DNA of 46,738 nucleotides from a virus: the IMG/VR virus record IMGVR_UViG_3300025160_000003; one strand, written 5' to 3'. Positions 5,228 through 12,465 of this stretch are shown piece after piece. The translations under genes and the position numbers were made by a program. The notes below the pieces were generated by a model. That model worked only from the letters and a program-made list of their open reading frames with translations, was not told where the DNA came from and searched no databases. Every line of letters begins with the position of its first letter. Within the stretch, counting starts at the first letter, position 1.

Positions 5228-5746
5228 GGTTTACCTCACGAACAATAACAATGCAGTTCTCATGCCAATATTCATGTGCGCGATTCTGGCCTGATTCAGT
5301 CGTGCACAGTTCAGCATGTCATCTGTTAGGTAGATATTTGTCTACTATTCATAACTCTACGAAAACCCTCGTACTTAATTTTGATTACTCAAAGTTATAT
5401 CTTTGACTTATCAAATATGTATGCCCCTATCACCATAATTCAAGCTACAATCAGACGAAAAAGGGAGAAGGTTGTTATTAAGCTCTATGGATACAATTAT
5501 CCTAATGATTAATATAATTAATTTAGGGTCCCATATTTAGGTACCATCAAATAAATTTTTACAAAAAATAAAAATTATTCCTAAATTTTAATAAAGTCAA
5601 AATAAAATAATAAATATTCATGGGATTTCAGACTTGCCCTAGAATCAACGAAGGTGGGCCGGAGGATATTGGGAGTCATCTCAGCTCCGAAGTTGGCCTA
5701 TATTCAATTGTGGCTTGAAATAAGACCATCCTAGCGCGTGTCCGAA

Positions 5747-5787
5747 TTGACATACCATTTGACATGGCCCGTTACTTGTGGTATAAA
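5747..5787 (+). promoter_or_regulatory. sigma70-type promoter for the rightward structural arm (TTGACA-17-TATAAA) with a second TTGACA 12 nt upstream
   Basis: aaTTGACAtaccatTTGACAtggcccgttacttgtggTATAAAg. First gene starts at 5843. Confidence 0.7.
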
Positions 5788-5842
5788 GACGGTGGCATAC
5801 TAGATATAGACTGAAATCTGGAACAAGTTATAGGATTATCAA

Positions 5843-6388
5843 ATGCCTTTAGGTATTTTATCTGATGAAGAATTTGAGAAAGAACTGATTAAAGGTAATA
5901 ATGTAGATGAAAATAAATCAGTAGTTAAAGAACTACCTACAAGTGGAAGAAATGAAGGTGATATTAATAAGCCTGAAACTATACGTCAGATAATTGCTGA
6001 ATGTAAAATTAATGGTGATAGTGATAATGACATAAAAGAATCATTTAAGACTTCTACATCAAGTATTAACGCCTATTCAAATGGCAAGAATGGAACTAAT
6101 GATAAAACTAATACAAAACTTGCGCGCTTTGTTAAGAACGCGCGAAATGTAATTACTCGTAAAGCGTCGCGCACGTTAATTAAAACATTAGATCATATCA
6201 CAGAAGATCGAATATCTGAATTGCGCGCCAATGAAATGTCAGTTCTTGCTAAAAATATGAGTTCTATTATTGCTGACATGGAAGAAAAGAATCGAAATGT
6301 TAATAATGGAATTCAAGCCAATTTTGTTGTTTATGCCCCACCACAAAAATCCATAGAGAAATACGAAGTTGTTGAGGTAGATAATTAA
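5843..6388 (+). CDS. hypothetical protein (181 aa), first gene of the rightward arm
   Basis: ORF track. Asn/Lys-rich. No motif recognised. A small-terminase role is possible only by position. Confidence 0.6.
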   Translation: MPLGILSDEEFEKELIKGNNVDENKSVVKELPTSGRNEGDINKPETIRQIIAECKINGDSDNDIKESFKTSTSSINAYSNGKNGTNDKTNTKLARFVKNARNVITRKASRTLIKTLDHITEDRISELRANEMSVLAKNMSSIIADMEEKNRNVNNGIQANFVVYAPPQKSIEKYEVVEVDN

Positions 6389-6406
6389 CTTGATAAGTAG
6401 ATAATT

Positions 6407-6733
6407 ATGGTAAACCATTTTACAGTTACAATTGCTGCTTCTGCTACACCACAAAGATTATCTACTGGATTAAGTGCAGTAGTTGGTACCCCTAAGGCTG
6501 GTGATTTATTAAGGTATTTATCATTGCAAGCCGGTGGTGGTAATGCTGGAATAATTTATGTTGGTGGTAATCAACGTACAGTAAGTTCGACTGATTATGG
6601 ATTCCGTATAGAAATTCCTCCTGCAACTATTCCTGGTGTTCCTATAGAAATTTCATTAGGTGTTGTATCATTAGATGATTTCTTTGTTGTTGGAACTATT
6701 AATGATACAATAAAGATACTTGCAATAACTTAG
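6407..6733 (+). CDS. small Thr/Gly/Val-rich beta-type protein (108 aa)
   Basis: ORF track. Composition resembles the products of 15932..16273 and 25147..25476. Confidence 0.55.
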   Translation: MVNHFTVTIAASATPQRLSTGLSAVVGTPKAGDLLRYLSLQAGGGNAGIIYVGGNQRTVSSTDYGFRIEIPPATIPGVPIEISLGVVSLDDFFVVGTINDTIKILAIT

Positions 6734-6742
6734 GAGAATTAA

Positions 6743-7162
6743 ATGAAAGCATTATTTCTCGGAGTTTTATTTGCATTAGTATTAAATACTAGTACTGATG
6801 CAGCTCAGATTCAAACAATATCAACTTTACAAGCAGCTAATTGTCTTGCAGAATTTGATCAAGCCGCGCCAAGTTTATTTGTTGCACAAGCATTTGAATA
6901 TAAAGTTTCAATTAACGCTGGCGCGCAAATAGTAGTTCCAGTTACGTGTTCTGGTACAACTTCTCCATTTGCTTGTAATACCCCCTTACCAAATAAAACT
7001 GTAGGTACCTGGACTATAGCATTTACATCAGCAGAAATATTATCTGATGGTACTAGATTACCTTCAAGTCTTAGTACATCATATACTTATCGCATTGCAA
7101 ACCCTCCAAGTGCCCCTGTAAATATCCGAATAATCCTTGGGGCTGGATTGTTAAACTTTTAA
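6743..7162 (+). CDS. exported protein with N-terminal signal peptide (139 aa)
   Basis: MKALFLGVLFALVLNTSTDAAQ looks like a cleavable signal. RBS taggagaattaa. Confidence 0.6.
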   Translation: MKALFLGVLFALVLNTSTDAAQIQTISTLQAANCLAEFDQAAPSLFVAQAFEYKVSINAGAQIVVPVTCSGTTSPFACNTPLPNKTVGTWTIAFTSAEILSDGTRLPSSLSTSYTYRIANPPSAPVNIRIILGAGLLNF

Positions 7163-7172
7163 AGAAATGTAG

Positions 7173-7574
7173 ATGCTGACTAATGAGGAATTGCGTTTAC
7201 TTATATTAAAAACAAATAAGGTTTATTCTGAGCGTTTTCAAAAAGCAATTAATCTTGCACAAGAAATGGGTGCGCATAATTTGGCTGCTGCAATGGAAAC
7301 AATGGCGCAGGAAGCCGGATTAATTGCAACTATAAAAAAAGAAGTTTGTAAGTCAACTAGTGGGTTTATTGATTTAGATTATGCAAAGAATAGAATTCTA
7401 GAGTTAATTCATAAAGACCAAGATATTACTATTCATGAAATAGCATTTGATATGGGAATAGGAATGAATACTGCTAGTAAATTAGTTCAGAACTTATGTG
7501 ATGAAAAGAAATTAATCAAGAATGGATTTGGTAAAAGTCGTACTTATTCATTTCCATTAAGACGAATTAGTTAA
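7173..7574 (+). CDS. putative winged-helix DNA-binding protein (133 aa)
   Basis: The C-terminal ILELIHKDQDITIHEIAFDMGIGMNTASKLVQNLCDEKKLIK resembles a MarR/wHTH unit. Confidence 0.45.
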   Translation: MLTNEELRLLILKTNKVYSERFQKAINLAQEMGAHNLAAAMETMAQEAGLIATIKKEVCKSTSGFIDLDYAKNRILELIHKDQDITIHEIAFDMGIGMNTASKLVQNLCDEKKLIKNGFGKSRTYSFPLRRIS

Positions 7575-7575
7575 C

Positions 7576-7827
7576 ATGAATGAAACTGTACTTCAAATAA
7601 TTGGATTAATTCTTGGTGGTGGTATTCTTGTTACTATTTTAAGAATTTCATTTCAAATTGGTAAGTATACTAATCGGCTTGAAGTATTAGAGCGCGCGTT
7701 TGGGGAATTAAGACAAGGTGTTGCTACTTATAATGTTAAAGTAGATGCAATAGATAAGAATGTTGGAATTCTTTTAGATAGACAAACTTATATTAAACCA
7801 CAAGAACTAATAAGGACTGGTCACTAA
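7576..7827 (+). CDS. N-terminally anchored membrane protein with coiled coil (holin or i-spanin-like)
   Basis: Transmembrane (TM) segment LQIIGLILGGGILVTILRI, then a helical region. Part of a cluster of small membrane genes. Confidence 0.45.
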   Translation: MNETVLQIIGLILGGGILVTILRISFQIGKYTNRLEVLERAFGELRQGVATYNVKVDAIDKNVGILLDRQTYIKPQELIRTGH

Positions 7828-8075
7828 TGAGCCAATTAGAAGAAATAGCAACCGCGCCATTAACAAATAAACTTATTGATTGGAAAGTTACTAGAGATAG
7901 TTTAATTTGGTTTTGGGGTCGGTTATCTATGGGCGCACTTTTAGTTGCATCAGGATTTGTTCCATTAGATACTTATGTTGGTGAATGGTCTAAATATATT
8001 CAAGCTGGTGCTGTAGTTATCTTGTGGTTATCTGGTAAGTATGATAGTTCACCATTACCAGGAGGAAAGAAATGA
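7827..8075 (+). CDS. small membrane protein (82 aa)
   Basis: ORF track. Hydrophobic segments LSMGALLVASGFVPL and AGAVVILWL. ATGA-type coupling to its neighbours. Confidence 0.5.
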   Translation: MSQLEEIATAPLTNKLIDWKVTRDSLIWFWGRLSMGALLVASGFVPLDTYVGEWSKYIQAGAVVILWLSGKYDSSPLPGGKK

Positions 8076-8242
8076 ATCTTATACTCTTAGTTATTGCAGC
8101 ATTAATTGGTGTAGCAATTTGGTTAATTGAAGGAATGCCATCTAAGTTAAAGACTGCACTAACAGTTGCCGCGGTTGTTCTAGTAATTGCATGGGTTCTT
8201 GCATTCTTAGGATTTGATTTACAAGGCATTCTTAAATCGTGA
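8072..8242 (+). CDS. two-TM micro-protein (56 aa, holin-like)
   Basis: Hand translation MNLILLVIAALIGVAIWLIEGMPSKLKTALTVAAVVLVIAWVLAFLGFDLQGILKS. RBS ggagg at 8061. Confidence 0.45.
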   Translation: MNLILLVIAALIGVAIWLIEGMPSKLKTALTVAAVVLVIAWVLAFLGFDLQGILKS

Positions 8243-8532
8243 AACTAACACCTGAAGAACGTACAGAAATTAGAAAGCAATGTTTTGATATTGGTAGTGA
8301 TGGTTGTTCTAAGTCAGTAGATTGGAATCAGATTTGTTGCTTTGAACATGATATTGCTTATCGGACTGGTAAAAATTTTAAAGGTGAAACTGTAACAAAG
8401 CGCGCGACTGATAAAAGATTTAGACAATGTATTCAAGAAGAATCTAAGTTTGGTAAGTTTTCTATTTCAGCATGGTTTCGTTGGTTTGGAGTAGCAGTAT
8501 TTAATTTTAATGGTGGTGTATGGGGAAAATAA
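8239..8532 (+). CDS. small Cys-rich protein with an HD-x2-Y ... D motif (phospholipase-A2-fold / DUF1353-like)
   Basis: GSDGCS...ICCFEHDIAYRTG...KRATDKRFRQCI. GTG start overlapping the upstream stop. Confidence 0.4.
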   Translation: MKLTPEERTEIRKQCFDIGSDGCSKSVDWNQICCFEHDIAYRTGKNFKGETVTKRATDKRFRQCIQEESKFGKFSISAWFRWFGVAVFNFNGGVWGK

Positions 8533-8957
8533 TTTTAATACTTATTATTATTTTTTCCATATCTTGCGCTACTTTCAGACATAATACTATTCCTATAGCT
8601 ACTAAAATTACTTCATTACTTGAAGAAATATCTGATCTTGCTGATAAATCATTTGATAAAACTCAAAGGCAATCCTTTGCTAAATCAGTAATGTTACCAG
8701 CTATTGAAGCTACTGAAGGATTGCGCGGTTGTTTAGCATCTGGTGAATGTAGAGATTTAGCTGCGCATTTAACTAAACTTTCTCAATCATTACTTATTGG
8801 TATTAATATATTTGCTTCTCAGATTCCTAATGGAACTGATAAAGATAAGTTGATTGGTAAACTTCAATCAGCAATTGCTTTCGTAACCGATCTTTATAAT
8901 AAGATTAGCCATGAAGAAACGCCTTATTATTCTTATCCTGAAATGGTCATTCAGTAA
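8520..8957 (+). CDS. exported protein, possible lipoprotein (145 aa)
   Basis: MGKIILILIIIFSISCATF: hydrophobic leader ending in Cys. The lipobox is not canonical. Confidence 0.45.
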   Translation: MGKIILILIIIFSISCATFRHNTIPIATKITSLLEEISDLADKSFDKTQRQSFAKSVMLPAIEATEGLRGCLASGECRDLAAHLTKLSQSLLIGINIFASQIPNGTDKDKLIGKLQSAIAFVTDLYNKISHEETPYYSYPEMVIQ

Positions 8958-8973
8958 ATTACAAAGTTCTAAT

Positions 8974-9153
8974 ATGGCTTTATCAGATAAGGAATTAAAA
9001 ATTCTTATAGAAGTTTTAGAAGGATTGATTGGTTTTATTATTACTAAAACTTCATTAAGTCCTGAAGATAAAGATAAGTTAATTGAACTTCAGGATAGAT
9101 TGAATGTTCTTAAATCTAAAGAACAACGAATTGCTGATGGAACAGATAGTTAA
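8974..9153 (+). CDS. hypothetical helical protein (59 aa)
   Basis: ORF track 8911..9153 trimmed to the first ATG after the upstream stop (MALSDKELKIL). Confidence 0.45.
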   Translation: MALSDKELKILIEVLEGLIGFIITKTSLSPEDKDKLIELQDRLNVLKSKEQRIADGTDS

Positions 9154-9167
9154 TGGTAACTAATTAA

Positions 9168-9950
9168 ATGCCATATATCCATCGTGATGTAGCAGAAAAG
9201 AATGAAATATTAGCCAAGGTTAAGATTATTGGAAATGAATTATTATTTAATAATGATTCTCCAATAACCCTTCCTGATATTGGTCTATTTGCGCGCCTTG
9301 GATTTGGTATTAATGGACTTATATCAGTTTGTAAGTTTCCAAAAACTACTAATATTGATTTTGCTTTATTAGTTAAACAAGACGGAAGTAAACTTGAATT
9401 AGGATTAACTATTGGTAATTGGTCTTGTGCAATAGGACCAACAGGAGAAATATTTGTTCAAGATAGTTTTATAGAAATACCTGGAAAAGAACCTGAAACA
9501 AATTTAAAAGTTTATAATGAATCTGGAACATTCTTACGTTTTCATAGAACGATGTATTCATCTGTAGGAATTAACTATGTTGATGTAAATAATATTCCAA
9601 TAATGAGTTTAGGTTTACCAATTACAAATATTGGTGGAGTAGACGTTCTTCTCCCAATGTTTGATAAGTTTGGTAATGTAATCGCGCAAACAGATAAGTT
9701 TACTAATAGCGGCGCGGTTCTAATTAAAGCTAATGGTCAGAAGTTATTTTGGAATTCGTTTGTTAATCGTTATCCATTTATTGCATCTAATAGTCAAAAA
9801 ATATTGTGTGCGCTTCAAGGATTTGATACACCTGAACCTGATGATTTTAGCCAATGGGTAACTGAGGGAACTACGCCGGTTCCAATTAATATTAAACAGG
9901 AACTAATAATTATTCGTGATAAAATAGATGTTTTAATTAATCAATTATAA
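9168..9950 (+). CDS. hypothetical protein (260 aa)
   Basis: ORF track. Long uninterrupted ORF immediately upstream of the large terminase. No motif recognised. Confidence 0.65.
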   Translation: MPYIHRDVAEKNEILAKVKIIGNELLFNNDSPITLPDIGLFARLGFGINGLISVCKFPKTTNIDFALLVKQDGSKLELGLTIGNWSCAIGPTGEIFVQDSFIEIPGKEPETNLKVYNESGTFLRFHRTMYSSVGINYVDVNNIPIMSLGLPITNIGGVDVLLPMFDKFGNVIAQTDKFTNSGAVLIKANGQKLFWNSFVNRYPFIASNSQKILCALQGFDTPEPDDFSQWVTEGTTPVPINIKQELIIIRDKIDVLINQL

Positions 9951-9952
9951 TT

Positions 9953-11581
9953 ATGGAACCAATCATTGAAATTAACGAATCAGCAGAATTCAATGAATGG
10001 AAACCTACACCTAAACAAGCTAAGTTTCTAGAATTACCCTATGATATATTAGAGGGATTTTATGCGGGTGCTGTTAATGCAGGTAAAACTCACGTATTGC
10101 TTGCATATATTTTAGTACATAAGTTTTATTTACGAAGCAATTTTAAGGGGTTATTTTTAAGACGTACATTTCCTGAACTAAAGAATGAAGTAATACCACG
10201 CAGCAGATTATTTTTCGAACATCCAACTATTGGTGGAACTTATAATAAACAAGATAAATGTTGGACGTTTCCATCTGGTGCGCTTTTCTTTTTTGGTCAT
10301 TGTGAAGATGAAGAAGATGTACATAACTACGATTCAATGCAGCCTAATTACGTTGCATTTGATGAGTTAACATCATTTACTGAATGGCAATATTTATATA
10401 TAACATTACAACGAGTTCGTGCTGCGACTGATAGTGGATTACCTGCAATAGTTCGTTCTGCGAGTAATCCTGGTAATATCGGACATAATTGGGTTCGCGC
10501 ACGTTTTATTGACCCATGTCCAGAAGGATTAAAGGTATTAACTAATAAGGCTGGAGTTAAAAGAATATTTATTCCAGCAACGGTTAAAGATAATCCTTAT
10601 GTTAGTCAGCAGTATTTAAATCAGTTAGAGTCTTTACCTGAAGCTGAAAAGCAAGCTAAACTTTATGGTAATTGGTCAGCATATGAAGGTTCAGTATTTG
10701 ATGAATTTAGGGATAAAACTTATCCTGATGAACCTGAAAATGCATTGCATGTAATTGAACCATTTGATATTCCATTATTTTGGCCTAAGATTTATTCTAT
10801 AGATTGGGGATACGCGCCGCCAGCAATAAATTATATAGCATGTGGCGCGGTCACTCCAGATGAAAGAATAGTTCTTTATAAAGAAAAAGGTTGGCAGAAA
10901 ACTAAAATTGCTGATTGGACAGCAGAAGTTAAAGAATGGGCTGATGTAGAAAATCCACGTATTATTAAACTTTGTAAATCAGCTTCACAAAAACGCGGAC
11001 AAGAACATACAGTTCAATCTGAAGTTGAAAAAGGATTAGGTAGACCAGTTGAATTAACTAATAATGATCCTGGTAGTAGAATTGCTGGTAAGATGTTAAT
11101 GCATGAATACTTTAGGTGGAAGCCTAAGTATATTCCATCATTAACGTCGCGCATTTATAATGACGAACAAGCAATGTGGTTGTTAAGAAATAGAGGAGTA
11201 GAAGAATATCAATCTTATTTAGATTCGTTTAGACCTATTAAAGAAGAAATTAATATACCAAAATTCTTAACATTTAACATTAATAAGTTATTTATAAATG
11301 CTATTAAATCTTGCGTTTATGATAAAGTTCATACTCAAGACGTAGCAGAATTTCCTGGTGATGATCCATATGATTCAGGAAGATATTTAATAGATGCTGC
11401 TGATCGTTATTTTAATGAAGCAGTAAATGAAAAGAAGAAGTTAGATGATAGAAATAAATTAGATGAAATGTTACGTAAAACTGGTGATATGACAGCGTTT
11501 TATAGAGAGAGTAAGAAATTAGATAATACAGTAAGTATGAAACCAATACGTAGATTTCATCATGGTAGAAGATATACCTAA
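9953..11581 (+). CDS. terL: terminase large subunit
   Basis: 542 aa. Walker A AGAVNAGKTH, Walker B YVAFDELT, C-terminal nuclease-type region. Followed by the portal-sized gene. Confidence 0.88.
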   Translation: MEPIIEINESAEFNEWKPTPKQAKFLELPYDILEGFYAGAVNAGKTHVLLAYILVHKFYLRSNFKGLFLRRTFPELKNEVIPRSRLFFEHPTIGGTYNKQDKCWTFPSGALFFFGHCEDEEDVHNYDSMQPNYVAFDELTSFTEWQYLYITLQRVRAATDSGLPAIVRSASNPGNIGHNWVRARFIDPCPEGLKVLTNKAGVKRIFIPATVKDNPYVSQQYLNQLESLPEAEKQAKLYGNWSAYEGSVFDEFRDKTYPDEPENALHVIEPFDIPLFWPKIYSIDWGYAPPAINYIACGAVTPDERIVLYKEKGWQKTKIADWTAEVKEWADVENPRIIKLCKSASQKRGQEHTVQSEVEKGLGRPVELTNNDPGSRIAGKMLMHEYFRWKPKYIPSLTSRIYNDEQAMWLLRNRGVEEYQSYLDSFRPIKEEINIPKFLTFNINKLFINAIKSCVYDKVHTQDVAEFPGDDPYDSGRYLIDAADRYFNEAVNEKKKLDDRNKLDEMLRKTGDMTAFYRESKKLDNTVSMKPIRRFHHGRRYT

Positions 11582-11747
11582 GAAATTAATAAAACTTGAA
11601 GATAATAATACTGATAAAGAATTGTTTGTTATTCCTGAAGTTAGTTATGAAGAAATTATACCTAGAATAAAAATTTATGATCATTATGGTTCTTATTATT
11701 TTCGTAGAATTGGATTCAATCGAAAGATAAATGATGATGGTAGATAA
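11562..11747 (+). CDS. hypothetical protein (61 aa)
   Basis: ORF track. Overlaps the terL end by 20 nt. Confidence 0.4.
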   Translation: MVEDIPKKLIKLEDNNTDKELFVIPEVSYEEIIPRIKIYDHYGSYYFRRIGFNRKINDDGR

Positions 11748-12123
11748 AATTAAGATTTGGTGGCATCATTTTATTAATCCTCATTGTGTTGAATGTAAGT
11801 TTGAAGCCAATGAGAAATATCAACGTGAACGTAATCTAGTTATAGAAGAATATAGAGAACTTCTTGCATCAGCACGATTAGAAATTGGACGTTTAACTCA
11901 AGCTCTTGTAGATGTAACTAAACCACCCGAAATTATTAATCAAACTGTAACTAATGATTTTAAACCATTAGCGCGCAAGATGAGAATGAATGAATTAGCT
12001 GATAAATTAACTCGTGAATCTGCTGAAGAAGCTCATAGATTAAGAACTAATAAAATTAATCAAGCTAACGAATTAAGAACTAATGAAGTAGAAAAATTAG
12101 AATCCGAAATCGGAGTTAATTAA
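11731..12123 (+). CDS. hypothetical coiled-coil protein (130 aa)
   Basis: ORF track. Heptad-like charged sequence. Confidence 0.55.
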   Translation: MMMVDKIKIWWHHFINPHCVECKFEANEKYQRERNLVIEEYRELLASARLEIGRLTQALVDVTKPPEIINQTVTNDFKPLARKMRMNELADKLTRESAEEAHRLRTNKINQANELRTNEVEKLESEIGVN

Positions 12124-12465
12124 ATGGCTAAAAATGATGTTCGTCAACGTATGCTACGTGGTATTCAACCTGGATTAGCTCCAATACCACCAATGATGGA
12201 AAATAATCAAGTAGGAGCTGGTATTAAACCTAATATGCCAATTGGTGCTATGGAATCTATGGGTATGCCATTTGGTGCTAATCCCGTAGCAAATTCTAAT
12301 CCAATGGGATTTGCTGGTCCTAAGGAAAGAATTGATCCTAGTAGCTTATTAGCTCCTTCATTTGAATCGGTAATGAATCAGAATCCAAATATGGAGAATT
12401 CGGTTAAAAAGCGCGCAATTGGAACTCGCGCGTCTTTAATGAATAAATTTAATTCTGGTTACTAA
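12124..12465 (+). CDS. Met/Pro/Asn-rich low-complexity protein (113 aa)
   Basis: ORF track. MPIGAMESMGMPFGANPVANSNPMGFAGP. Confidence 0.5.
   Translation: MAKNDVRQRMLRGIQPGLAPIPPMMENNQVGAGIKPNMPIGAMESMGMPFGANPVANSNPMGFAGPKERIDPSSLLAPSFESVMNQNPNMENSVKKRAIGTRASLMNKFNSGY

Noticed and set aside
5209-5406. 65-aa plus-strand ORF
   Set aside because: It overlaps the start of the minus-strand gene 5087..5227, has no RBS, and has Cys/Ser/Phe-rich nonsense-like composition.
6239-6454. 71-aa minus-strand ORF; also 8017..8229, 12436..12624, 15639..15914, 19920..20117, 22111..22299, 23670..23858, 24245..24451 and 26519..26713
   Set aside because: All lie antisense within long, well-supported plus-strand genes of the structural arm. 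Such shadow ORFs are expected in AT-rich sequence with few antisense stops. No RBS noticed.
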